Positions 32,935-41,925 of a DNA stretch of 64,000 bases are shown in pieces. The stretch spans positions 33,306-97,305 of the forward strand of contig NZ_CAMDCK010000010.1 of the NCBI RefSeq assembly GCF_945890115.1, in the 5' to 3' direction. The stretch comes from Sphingorhabdus sp. EL138. Lineage in GTDB: Bacteria > Pseudomonadota > Alphaproteobacteria > Sphingomonadales > Sphingomonadaceae. The notes under the pieces are model-generated. The model was not told where the DNA came from, ran no database searches, and saw only the letters and a list, made by a program, of their open reading frames with translations. Numbering within the stretch: position 1 is the stretch's first letter; every line of letters begins with the position of its first letter. Both the position numbers and the translations under genes were made by a program.

Positions 32935-33378
32935 ATGGCGAAAAACCCCAACCGGCCCCTGTCACCGCATTTGCAGGTGTATCGTTGGTCGCCGCAAATG
33001 GCCATTTCGATCTTCCATCGCGCGACAGGCTTTGTTCTCGCGACGGCCGGAATGATGACTTTATTGTGGTGGTTGGCGGCCATTGGGGGCGGAGCAGAAA
33101 GCTATGCCACATTCCAACAATATGTCGTTTCGGCAGGTGCTGACGGCACCGCCTTGCAGATGGTCAGTAACTGGTTCTTCCGTCTTGTGGCTTTGGCCGT
33201 GACTTTCAGCTTCTTTCAGCATTTGGCGTCGGGTCTGCGCCACCTCGTTCTGGATATTGGCGCTGGCTATGAATTGAAGACCAACCGGTTGTGGGCATCG
33301 GTTGCATTTATCGCGGCCATTTTTGCAACTGCATTGGTCGCCCTGTTTGTGGCATCGCGCTTTCTTGGAGTTTTGTGA
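32935..33378 (+). CDS. sdhC: Succinate dehydrogenase cytochrome b556 subunit
   Basis: MAKNPNRPLSPHLQVYRW... is the typical SdhC N-terminus. The track ORF starts at 32917. Confidence 0.9.
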   Translation: MAKNPNRPLSPHLQVYRWSPQMAISIFHRATGFVLATAGMMTLLWWLAAIGGGAESYATFQQYVVSAGADGTALQMVSNWFFRLVALAVTFSFFQHLASGLRHLVLDIGAGYELKTNRLWASVAFIAAIFATALVALFVASRFLGVL

Positions 33379-33767
33379 TGGACAGTAGAACATATATCGG
33401 TCGCGTCCGCGGCCTGGGTTCGGCCAAGCATGGCGGCGAACATTGGCTGAAGCAGCGTTTGACCGCGATTGGCAATGTGTTGCTGACCACTTGGTTTGTG
33501 TTGTCTTTATTGATGATCCCAAGTTTTGACCATGCTGCGCTCGCGCAGTGGTTGGCGCAGCCATTGGTTGCGGTTCCCATGATCTTGATGATTGCCAATA
33601 TCTTTGCGCATGCCCGTTTGGGCCTTCAGGTGTTGATCGAGGATTATGTTCATGATGATGGCCTGAAATTTGCGGCCATGACATTATTGAACTTTTACGT
33701 CATCGCCAGCGCCGTATTCGGCATTTTCGTCGTCGCAAAACTCGCATTTACCGGAGCTCCCGCCTGA
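33378..33767 (+). CDS. sdhD: Succinate dehydrogenase hydrophobic membrane anchor subunit
   Basis: Starts at [23 protein letters not shown], with three TM helices. The ATG overlaps the sdhC stop. Confidence 0.88.
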   Translation: MDSRTYIGRVRGLGSAKHGGEHWLKQRLTAIGNVLLTTWFVLSLLMIPSFDHAALAQWLAQPLVAVPMILMIANIFAHARLGLQVLIEDYVHDDGLKFAAMTLLNFYVIASAVFGIFVVAKLAFTGAPA

Positions 33768-35569
33768 TGTCAGACGCTTATAAGATTATTGACCACACAT
33801 ATGACACCGTCGTCGTTGGCGCTGGCGGGTCGGGTCTGCGCGCCACCATGGGCAGTGCGGAAGCAGGTTTAAAAACGGCTTGCATTACCAAAGTCTTCCC
33901 AACGCGTTCGCACACTGTCGCGGCGCAGGGCGGGATTGCCGCATCGCTGGGCAACAACTCGCCGGACCATTGGACCTGGCACATGTATGACACGGTCAAG
34001 GGCTCCGATTGGCTCGGTGACCAAGATGCCATCGAATATATGGTCCGTGAGGCACCTGCTGCGGTCTATGAATTGGAACATGCCGGCGTGCCATTCTCAC
34101 GCAACGCTGACGGCACTATCTACCAACGGCCATTTGGCGGGCATATGCAGAATATGGGCGAAGGCCCTCCGGTTCAGCGAACTGCCGCTGCCGCCGACCG
34201 TACTGGTCACGCGATGTTGCATGCTTTGTATCAGCAAAGCCTGAAATATGACGCGGATTTCTTCATTGAATATTTCGCCCTCGACCTCATCATGGAAAAT
34301 GGCGAATGCCGTGGCGTGATTGCCATGTGCATGGAAGATGGCAGCATTCACCGGTTTAAGAGCCACGCAGTCGTGTTGGCAACCGGCGGCTATGGCCGCG
34401 CGTATTTCTCCGCAACGTCGGCGCATACCTGCACCGGCGATGGCGGCGGCATGGTCTTGCGCGCTGGCCTGCCATTGCAGGATATGGAATTTGTTCAGTT
34501 TCACCCAACGGGTATTTATGGCGCTGGCGTTCTCATCACCGAAGGCGCACGCGGCGAGGGCGGTTATCTAACCAACAGCGAAGGCGAACGCTTTATGGAG
34601 CGTTATGCGCCATCTGCTAAGGATTTGGCATCACGCGACGTGGTCAGCCGCTCTATGGCGCTTGAAATGCGCGAAGGGCGCGGCGTTGGCGAGCATAAGG
34701 ACCATATTTACCTGCACCTCGATCATATCGACCCTGCGGTATTGGCACAGCGTTTGCCCGGCATCACCGAAAGCGGCAAGATTTTCGCAGGCGTTGACCT
34801 GACTCGGCAGCCGCTGCCCGTGACGCCAACCGTTCACTATAATATGGGCGGTATTCCGTGCAATTATCATGGCCAAGTCGTCAATAAGGTCGGCGACGAT
34901 CCCGAAGTCATCGTACAGGGCCTCTATGCCGTTGGCGAAGCCGCCTGCGTTTCGGTGCATGGCGCAAACCGTCTGGGTTCAAACTCACTGATCGACCTTG
35001 TCGTATTTGGCCGGGCAACGGGCTTGCATTTGAAGGCATCACTGACTCCCGGCGCGCCGCATAAGGCGTTGCCAGCAGACGCGGCAGACCTCGCACTGGC
35101 GCGTGTGGACAAGTTCCGCAATGCAAAGGGCGGATCACCCACCGCCGAGATCCGTTTGCAAATGCAGCGCACGATGCAAAAGCACGCTGCCGTGTTCCGC
35201 GACACTGCCTTGTTGGAAGAAGGCGTGGTTGAAATGCAGAAGGTCAATCAGCGTCTCGCCGACGTGCGCGTGACCGACCGTAGCCTGATCTGGAATACCG
35301 ACCTTATCGAAACGCTTGAGCTCGATAACCTGATGGCACAGGCGGTTTGCACAGTCGAAAGTGCAAACAACCGCAAGGAAAGCCGCGGCGCCCATGCGCA
35401 CGAAGATTTCCCCGAGCGCGACGATGCCAATTGGATGAAGCATACGGCGTCATGGTTTGACGGTTGGGGCGGTTCTGGCGGTAAGGTCACAATCGACTAT
35501 CGCCCAGTGCATGATTATACCTTGACCGATGATGTCGCGTATATTAAGCCGAAGCCACGGGTGTATTGA
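33767..35569 (+). CDS. sdhA: Succinate dehydrogenase flavoprotein subunit
   Basis: 600 aa. Contains [11 protein letters not shown], the covalent-FAD site [10 protein letters not shown], and the C-terminal ...KPKPRVY. Confidence 0.97.
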   Translation: MSDAYKIIDHTYDTVVVGAGGSGLRATMGSAEAGLKTACITKVFPTRSHTVAAQGGIAASLGNNSPDHWTWHMYDTVKGSDWLGDQDAIEYMVREAPAAVYELEHAGVPFSRNADGTIYQRPFGGHMQNMGEGPPVQRTAAAADRTGHAMLHALYQQSLKYDADFFIEYFALDLIMENGECRGVIAMCMEDGSIHRFKSHAVVLATGGYGRAYFSATSAHTCTGDGGGMVLRAGLPLQDMEFVQFHPTGIYGAGVLITEGARGEGGYLTNSEGERFMERYAPSAKDLASRDVVSRSMALEMREGRGVGEHKDHIYLHLDHIDPAVLAQRLPGITESGKIFAGVDLTRQPLPVTPTVHYNMGGIPCNYHGQVVNKVGDDPEVIVQGLYAVGEAACVSVHGANRLGSNSLIDLVVFGRATGLHLKASLTPGAPHKALPADAADLALARVDKFRNAKGGSPTAEIRLQMQRTMQKHAAVFRDTALLEEGVVEMQKVNQRLADVRVTDRSLIWNTDLIETLELDNLMAQAVCTVESANNRKESRGAHAHEDFPERDDANWMKHTASWFDGWGGSGGKVTIDYRPVHDYTLTDDVAYIKPKPRVY

Positions 35570-35598
35570 GGGTTCGATAGCGGGAACCGCAGAGGATA

Positions 35599-35704
35599 CG
35601 TCGCCCCAGCGCAGGCTGGGGCCTATCCCGCTTTTCAGTGTAGCGCCTTGGATCGCGGTGTAAACCGATAGGCGCGATAGGCACCAGCCTGCGCTGGGGC
35701 GACG
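35599..35704. repeat. Inverted pair of the 29-nt REP2 element (long hairpin) downstream of sdhA
   Basis: CGTCGCCCCAGCGCAGGCTGGGGCCTATC at 35599-35627 and its reverse complement (1 mismatch) at 35676-35704, separated by 48 nt. Confidence 0.85.
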
Positions 35705-35716
35705 GTGGGTTGATGG

Positions 35717-36009
35717 CTATCTGTTCAGGTCTTCATACAAGTCCCGCCAATCGGGGTTAGCCCTGCTTATCAACTCTGTTTTCCATCGGCGCTTCCAAAC
35801 CTTCATGGCTTTTTCGCGGTTGATGGCGTCTTCGATGTCATCAAAAGCTTCATAATAGACCAAAATCTTACAGCCATTTTCTTTACAGAATTTGGAGCCT
35901 AGGTCGCTCTTATGCGCCCAAATCCGGCGCGGGAGGTTGGCGGTCACGCCGATGTAGAGCGTGCCGTGCGGGCCGCTGGCATGATGTAGACATATCCGCC
36001 CTTCGCCAT
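35717..36009 (-). pseudogene. GIY-YIG nuclease family gene (COG2827-like), disrupted by a 1-nt frameshift near codon 10
   Basis: The ATG at 36009 gives MAKGGYVYIM and then runs out of frame to a stop. The frame shifted by 1 nt continues ASGPHGTLYIGVTANLPRRIWAHKSD...WKRRWKTELI...NPDWRDLY (track ORF 35717..35947). One base appears to be missing between 35980 and 35981. Confidence 0.75.
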
Positions 36010-36023
36010 CAGATAAGCTCCCA

Positions 36024-36052
36024 CGTCGCCCCAGCGCAGGCTGGGGCCTATC
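36024..36052. repeat. REP2 29-nt element, direct-orientation copy flanking the GIY-YIG gene
   Basis: Identical to the 29-mers at 29956 and 35599, and inverted relative to 35676-35704. Confidence 0.85.
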
Positions 36053-36115
36053 ACCTAGTGAAGGCTTGCACGATGATTGTGGGCTTGCGCGGCAAAGCCT
36101 AATTAGCCCACCCCG

Positions 36116-37102
36116 TTATGGCCGCGCAAAAACTTCCGCCGTAATCTCCAAACTTCGCTTGCGCTTTTCATGGTCGAATACGGAGCAAGCGACGATGATT
36201 TCGTCGGCCTGTGTTCGCGCCTGAAACGCTTGCACCGCCGATTTAACCGTGTCCGCTGCACCAATCGCGCTGGCGGACAGAACATCATGCAGCGCCGATG
36301 CAAAATGCGGGGGAAGCGAGGCGACAAAGCCCTCCACCGGTGGCGGCAATTGGCGCGGGTTGCCGGTGCGCAGCGCAACGAAGCTTTGCATCATTGAACT
36401 GGCCAGATATTCGGCCTCCGCATCGGTGTCGGCAGCGATGATGTTGAACGCGGCAATCGCATGCGGCGCGTCCAGCACGGCGCTTGGGCGGAAATGGCTG
36501 CGGTAGATGTGCAACGCCTCATCCAACATTTGTGGCGCAAAGTGGCTGGCGAAGGCGAAGGGCAGGCCCAAGGCTGCCGCAACCTGCGCGCCATATAGGC
36601 TGCTGCCCAAAATGTAGAGTTGGACATGGGCGCCTGCACCGGGCGTAGCGACGATACCCGTTTTACCATCATCGGCGAAATAGCTTTGCAATTCCATTAC
36701 GTCGCGCGGAAATGCATTGGGATCGCTATCGAGCGTTCGCCGGATCGCGGCGGCGACGCGCTGGTCACTGCCCGGAGCGCGGCCAAGCCCCAGATCAATC
36801 CGGCCCGGATAGAGCGCGTCCAACGTGCCAAACTGTTCGGCAATGACTAAGGGGGAATGGTTGGGCAACATGATGCCGCCTGAACCAACGCGCATGGTCT
36901 TGGTCGCCGCCGCAATATGCCCGATGACAACGCTGGTCGCGGCACCGGCAATGCCGCGCATGCCATGATGTTCGGCAACCCAATAACGTGTGAAGCCAAG
37001 GTTTTCGGCATGCGCCGCAAGATCAGCCGCATTGGACAGCGCGCTTGCGACCGTTCCGCCTTCCACAACAGGCACTAGATCAAGAAAAGAGAAGGATGTC
37101 AT
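36116..37102 (-). CDS. LLM-class flavin-dependent oxidoreductase (luciferase-like, group 1)
   Basis: 328 aa. Contains [12 protein letters not shown]...[20 protein letters not shown]. Confidence 0.9.
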   Translation of the reverse strand: MTSFSFLDLVPVVEGGTVASALSNAADLAAHAENLGFTRYWVAEHHGMRGIAGAATSVVIGHIAAATKTMRVGSGGIMLPNHSPLVIAEQFGTLDALYPGRIDLGLGRAPGSDQRVAAAIRRTLDSDPNAFPRDVMELQSYFADDGKTGIVATPGAGAHVQLYILGSSLYGAQVAAALGLPFAFASHFAPQMLDEALHIYRSHFRPSAVLDAPHAIAAFNIIAADTDAEAEYLASSMMQSFVALRTGNPRQLPPPVEGFVASLPPHFASALHDVLSASAIGAADTVKSAVQAFQARTQADEIIVACSVFDHEKRKRSLEITAEVFARP

Positions 37103-37182
37103 AGCGCGTAGATGGTGGCTTATCTCAACAAAGCCAATCGCAATCGACTATTTCTGCTTGCCGTGTGATATCTGGTCCTGTG

Positions 37183-37794
37183 ATGACAGAATTTTTTATA
37201 CCTTTCCTCGTGACGACAATGCTGATCGAGCTAACCCTCGGCCCAAATATGGCATGGTTGGCGTTGACCAGCGCGAGCGAGGGAAAAAGGTCTGGATTTG
37301 CAGCGGTAGCAGGGATTGCGCTTGGCCTTGCGATATTGGCTGCGGCATCGGCAGTCGGCCTTGCGGCGTTGGCGACACGTTCCCCAGCGATGTTCAGCCT
37401 GTTACGCTATGCTGGTGTCGCTTATTTGCTTTGGCTGGCGTGGAAGACATGGGTGGGCAAAGATGAGGCCGCGGCCGATAGCATACACAAAAATGGGCTC
37501 AGCGCATGGTTTCGCCATGGGCTGTTATTGAACCTGCTGAACCCCAAGGCAGCGGTGTTCTTCATCACCGTTCTGCCGGCCTATATCACGCAAAGCGCGC
37601 CAGTTGCCTCGCAAACGCTATGGCTGTCCGCAAGCTATGTCGCGATTGCTACTTTTGTGCATCTGGTCATTGTCGCGCTAGCGGCGCAGGCGCATGGGTG
37701 GATATCCACCGGGAACAGGGCGCGCATCGTCCGCCGCGTCTTTGCCGTTTTGTTGGCAATTATCGCTATCTGGTTTCTGATGAGTTCGGCTTAG
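37183..37794 (+). CDS. LysE/RhtB family amino-acid exporter
   Basis: Six-TM protein with PGPN-like LTLGPNM and LLNLLNPKA motifs. The ATG at 37183 is preferred over the track's GTG at 37165. Confidence 0.85.
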   Translation: MTEFFIPFLVTTMLIELTLGPNMAWLALTSASEGKRSGFAAVAGIALGLAILAAASAVGLAALATRSPAMFSLLRYAGVAYLLWLAWKTWVGKDEAAADSIHKNGLSAWFRHGLLLNLLNPKAAVFFITVLPAYITQSAPVASQTLWLSASYVAIATFVHLVIVALAAQAHGWISTGNRARIVRRVFAVLLAIIAIWFLMSSA

Positions 37795-39035
37795 CGCCAG
37801 CGCAGCATGGACCGGTCAAGTTGCGCCGGTGTTGTCACCCCCATCAAACGCATATCGCGTGCAATTTCGTCACGCAATTTGCCGACGATGCGTTCGACGC
37901 CGGGTTGTCCTGCTGCTGCCAAGGCATACAGATAGAGCCGCCCGCCCGAGCAAGCGGTGGCACCCGCAGCAAGTGCCTTCAAAACATGGCTGCCACGCTG
38001 CACGCCGCCATCGCAAATGATATCGATCTTGCCGCCGACGGCGTCGGCAATTTCGGCTATTTGATCGAACGGGGAGCGCGAGCCGTCCAATTGCCGTCCG
38101 CCATGGTTGGACACCATGATCGCGGTCGCGCCAATGTCGACCGCGCGTTTCGCATCGTCGACCGACATGATGCCCTTGAGGCAGAATTCGCCGCCCCAAT
38201 CCGAACGGACCTTTTCCGCCATTTTCCAGTCCATCGATGTATCGAGCATAGTATTGAAATATTCCGCGACCGATACCGCGACATTGGTGCCCGCATCGAC
38301 ATGCGTCTGCAAATTGGGCAGCGCAAATTTTTCGCGGAATAGATAATTTAGCGCCCATTGCGGGTGGATGGCATAGCTTAACACCGACGCGGGTGTGAAG
38401 CGCGGCGGCGAGGTGAAGCCACTACGCAGGCACCGTTCGCGGTTTCCCGAAACGATCGTGTCGACTGTCAGCGCGATTGCATCAAACTTCGCCGCCTTGC
38501 AGCGTTCGATCATCGATGCGTTCAGCCCCTTGTCCTTGTGGATGTAGAGTTGGAACAATTTTGGCGTTTTGATGGTCGCGCCGATTTCTTCAATGCTGAC
38601 GGTGGCCAATGAGGAGATGCCAAACCAGATGTTATGTTGCTGCGCGACCGACGCGACCGCACGTTCGCCCTGCCAGTGGAACAGGCGCTGCAAGGCGGTA
38701 GGGGACAGCATCAGCGGCATATCAATCCGCTGCCCCATCACGGTCACGCCCATGTCTATTTCCGACACACCAGCCAAGACATTGGGCACCAGATCGCAAT
38801 CGTCAAATGCTGACGTGTTGCGCGTCTTTGTCCGTTCATCGTCGGCGGCGCCATCGATGTAATTGAAGATCGGTGCGGGCAGGCGCGATTCTGCTAAACG
38901 GCGGAAATCGGCAACATTATGGCAATCTTTTAAACGCATTTTGGCCTTATACAGACCTTGCAGATAATTGCATGCATTTGGATAATCTGCCCGATCAAGG
39001 GTCGCTTGCGTTGCTGCTTGCGTCAGGAGCGTCAC
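37791..39035 (-). CDS. FMN-dependent alpha-hydroxy-acid dehydrogenase/oxidase (L-lactate dehydrogenase-like)
   Basis: Contains IFNYIDGAADDE, LMLSPT, KGIMSVDDA and VSNHGGRQLD. The start could alternatively be MRLKD at 38939. Confidence 0.88.
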   Translation of the reverse strand: MTLLTQAATQATLDRADYPNACNYLQGLYKAKMRLKDCHNVADFRRLAESRLPAPIFNYIDGAADDERTKTRNTSAFDDCDLVPNVLAGVSEIDMGVTVMGQRIDMPLMLSPTALQRLFHWQGERAVASVAQQHNIWFGISSLATVSIEEIGATIKTPKLFQLYIHKDKGLNASMIERCKAAKFDAIALTVDTIVSGNRERCLRSGFTSPPRFTPASVLSYAIHPQWALNYLFREKFALPNLQTHVDAGTNVAVSVAEYFNTMLDTSMDWKMAEKVRSDWGGEFCLKGIMSVDDAKRAVDIGATAIMVSNHGGRQLDGSRSPFDQIAEIADAVGGKIDIICDGGVQRGSHVLKALAAGATACSGGRLYLYALAAAGQPGVERIVGKLRDEIARDMRLMGVTTPAQLDRSMLRWR

Positions 39036-39118
39036 GCCGCATATTGTCCTGATGGAACATTGCGTTTAGCGGGGCATTGCGCAAGACAGCGTCATCCTAA
39101 ATGCAAAGGCATGCTCAT

Positions 39119-39904
39119 ATGTTCCTCGAAGGCAAAACAGCACTCATCACGGGTTCAACCTCTGGCATCGGATTGGGCTATGCCCGTGCGCTGGCGGCGC
39201 AAGGGGCACATGTGATGATAAACGGGTTCGGCGATGCCGACCTGATCCAAAGCTATGTTGCCGAACTCAGCAAGGTGAGCGGCGGAAAGGCGCAGTATTC
39301 CGCGGCCGACATGACTCAACCCGACAGCATCCGGGCTATGGTCTCCGAATGCACCAACCTATTGGGATCGCCTGATATTTTGATAAATAACGCCGGAATC
39401 CAGCATGTTGCGCCAGTTGACGAATTTCCGGAGGACAAATGGGATGATATCCTGTCCATCATCCTGTCCTCGGCATTCCACACCACAAAGGCCGCCTTGC
39501 CCGCGATGAAGGCCAAGGGCTGGGGCCGTATCATCAACACAGGATCGATGCACAGCCTCGTCGCATCGCCGTTCAAATCGGCCTATAACGCCGCAAAGCA
39601 TGGCCTTGCCGGTTTTACCAAAACGGTCGCGCTTGAAGTGGCGACGCAAGGCATCACGGTGAATAACATCTGCCCGGGCTATGTCTGGACATCGTTGGTC
39701 GAGAACCAAATTCCCGATACCATGAAAGCCCGCGGACTAACGCGGGATCAAGTGATCAACGACGTGTTGCTGGCCAATCAGCCACAGAAGAAATTTGTGC
39801 AGGTGGAGCAATTGGCCGCACTCGCGGTGTTTTTGTGCCGGGATGAGGCAAGCGCGATTACCGGCACAAACCTGTCGGTCGATGGCGGTTGGACCGCGCA
39901 ATAA
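39119..39904 (+). CDS. bdhA: 3-hydroxybutyrate dehydrogenase (SDR)
   Basis: MFLEGKTALITGSTSGIGLG, NNAGIQHVAPV and YNAAKHG, a BDH-type SDR. The track ORF starts at 39101. Confidence 0.85.
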   Translation: MFLEGKTALITGSTSGIGLGYARALAAQGAHVMINGFGDADLIQSYVAELSKVSGGKAQYSAADMTQPDSIRAMVSECTNLLGSPDILINNAGIQHVAPVDEFPEDKWDDILSIILSSAFHTTKAALPAMKAKGWGRIINTGSMHSLVASPFKSAYNAAKHGLAGFTKTVALEVATQGITVNNICPGYVWTSLVENQIPDTMKARGLTRDQVINDVLLANQPQKKFVQVEQLAALAVFLCRDEASAITGTNLSVDGGWTAQ

Positions 39905-39931
39905 TAGGGAATATTGCGCGCGGTAGGACAA

Positions 39932-39970
39932 CAAAAAACCGCCGGCATTGCTGCCGACGGTGAGTTGTTT
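39932..39970. terminator. Bidirectional rho-independent terminator between bdhA and the aceA unit
   Basis: A6, then stem ACCGCCGGCA/TGCCGACGGT (1 mismatch) with loop TTGC, followed by GAGTTGTTTT. Confidence 0.65.
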
Positions 39971-40003
39971 TCCTCCCCAGGAAAACTGAAAGAGATAGGC
40001 TGG

Positions 40004-40162
40004 CTATTTGCCGCCAGCGCTACCAAGCCGGTGATATAGCCGCGCGAATTTGACGGATTCAGGCTTGTCCTGAATAACCTCAAGATAATGCAGCAATGCT
40101 TGGCGAAGCAGCGTCAGGTCCTCGGTCGAAAGGACCGCACGTGCGCGTGGTGGCTCTCCCAT
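40004..40162 (-). CDS. Unannotated 52-aa ORF immediately downstream of isocitrate lyase
   Basis: Below the ORF-track cutoff. The ATG at 40162 is preceded by GGAG 8 nt upstream, in the 12-nt gap after the aceA stop. It reads MGEPPRARAVLSTEDLTLLRQALLHYLEVIQDKPESVKFARLYHRLGSAGGK and ends just before the terminator. Confidence 0.4.
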   Translation of the reverse strand: MGEPPRARAVLSTEDLTLLRQALLHYLEVIQDKPESVKFARLYHRLGSAGGK

Positions 40163-40174
40163 ATCGATCGCTCC

Positions 40175-41776
40175 TTACGCGGCTTGGCCAAATTGGTTCA
40201 TCGTATTGTCTTTGCCGCCCGCCTTCAACGCAGCTTCGCCGGCAAAATATTCCTTATGATCATCACCAATGTCGGAACCCGACATATTCTGGTGCTTAAC
40301 GCAAGCGATGCCTTGACGGATTTCCTTGCGCTGAACCCCAGCGACATAGCCCAGCATGCCCATTTCGCCGAAATAATCTTTGGCCAAATTGTCCGTGCTA
40401 AGTGCCGCTGTATGATAGGTCGGCAGCGTGATGAGGTGGTGGAAAATACCGGCACGCTTCGCGGAATCGCGCTGGAAGTTCTGGATACGAACATCTGCCT
40501 CAATGCCCAAAGGCGTCTCGTCATAGCTTGCGCTCATCAGGTTTGCGCGTTCATAGGCCGAAACGGCCTGACCTTCGGCGGACCAAGCGTCAAACACTTG
40601 CTGCCGGAAATTCAGAGTCCAGTTAAAGCTCGGCGAATTGTTATACGCCAGTTTTGCGTTCGGTACGACTTCCCGGATACGGTCAACCATGCCAGCAATC
40701 TGTTCGATGTGCGGCTTTTCGGTTTCGATCCAGATGAGGTCGGCACCGTTCTGAAGCGACGTGATGCAATCGAGCACGCAGCGGTCCTCGCCCGTGCCGG
40801 GACGGAACTGAAACAGGTTGGATGGCAAGCGCTTTGGCCGCAGCAACTTTCCGTTGCGGTTCAAAATGACGTCGCCATTCTGTGCAGTGGCTGGGTCGAT
40901 TTCTTCACAATCCAGGAAGCTATTGTACAAATCGCCCAAGTCGCCAGCGGCGGTTGAAACGGCAATCTGCTTGGTCAGGCCAGCCCCAAGCGAGTCGGTG
41001 CGCGCAACGATGATGCCATCTGGCACGCCGAGTTCGAGGAATGCATAACGACAGGCGCGGATTTTCTGAAGAAAATCCTCATGCGGCACGGTAACTTTTC
41101 CGTCTTGGTGCCCGCACTGTTTTTCGTCCGACACTTGGTTTTCGATCTGGAGCGCGCAGGCACCGGCCTCAATCATCTTCTTTGCGAGCAAATATGTAGC
41201 TTCCGCATTGCCGAACCCAGCGTCGATATCGGCGATGATTGGCACAACATGTGTCTCATGATTTTCAATTTTGTCCATGATGGCGGATGCGCGCGCCGTG
41301 TCCTGCTGCCCACGGGCATCATCTAGGTCGCGGAACAGGATGTTGAGTTCGCGGCTGTCGGCTTGGCGCAAAAATGTGTAGAGTTCTTCGATGAGCGCAG
41401 GAACGCTCGTCTTTTCATGCATAGACTGGTCGGGCAGGGGGCCAAATTCGCTGCGCAACGCAGCAATCATCCAACCCGATAGATATAGATAGCGCTTTTT
41501 GGTGGTTCCGAAATGCTTTTTGATGGAAATCATCTTTTGCTGCGCGATGAAACCGTGCCAGCAACCCAGCGATTGTGTGTATTGTGCGGGATCAGCGTCA
41601 TAAGCCGCCATGTCGTCGCGCATAATTTGGGCGGTGTAGCGAGCGATATCGAGACCAGTCTGGAAACGGTTTTGCAACTGCATCCGTGCGACGGATTCGG
41701 CGCTGATAGAATCCCACGTTCCGTTGTGCGCGGCAATTTGCGCGCTGCTTGTGGCTATCAGTGTCTGATATGACAT
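40175..41776 (-). CDS. aceA: Isocitrate lyase (long, about 530-aa form)
   Basis: 533 aa. Catalytic loop EKQCGHQDGK (K-x-C-G-H signature) and IIADIDAGFG. Confidence 0.92.
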   Translation of the reverse strand: MSYQTLIATSSAQIAAHNGTWDSISAESVARMQLQNRFQTGLDIARYTAQIMRDDMAAYDADPAQYTQSLGCWHGFIAQQKMISIKKHFGTTKKRYLYLSGWMIAALRSEFGPLPDQSMHEKTSVPALIEELYTFLRQADSRELNILFRDLDDARGQQDTARASAIMDKIENHETHVVPIIADIDAGFGNAEATYLLAKKMIEAGACALQIENQVSDEKQCGHQDGKVTVPHEDFLQKIRACRYAFLELGVPDGIIVARTDSLGAGLTKQIAVSTAAGDLGDLYNSFLDCEEIDPATAQNGDVILNRNGKLLRPKRLPSNLFQFRPGTGEDRCVLDCITSLQNGADLIWIETEKPHIEQIAGMVDRIREVVPNAKLAYNNSPSFNWTLNFRQQVFDAWSAEGQAVSAYERANLMSASYDETPLGIEADVRIQNFQRDSAKRAGIFHHLITLPTYHTAALSTDNLAKDYFGEMGMLGYVAGVQRKEIRQGIACVKHQNMSGSDIGDDHKEYFAGEAALKAGGKDNTMNQFGQAA

Positions 41777-41925
41777 GTTGTATTCCTTCGTTCGTGGGGA
41801 GCTATACCAACGGGTCTCTGCCAGCTGCGTAGAAAAGCCGAGTCAATTTTGTAATATTTCTTGTGTTATCGTCGTAAAACCTTATTGCTTTTTTGTAATG
41901 TTGTAATATTATTGACAAGTGCGCT

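Noticed and set aside
35570-36115. Absence of sdhB after sdhA, considered as a deletion event
   Set aside because: sdhB is encoded elsewhere in many alphaproteobacteria, and no sdhB remnants are visible between 35570 and 36115. I treat this as normal gene organisation, noted only as context for the REP/GIY-YIG cassette.
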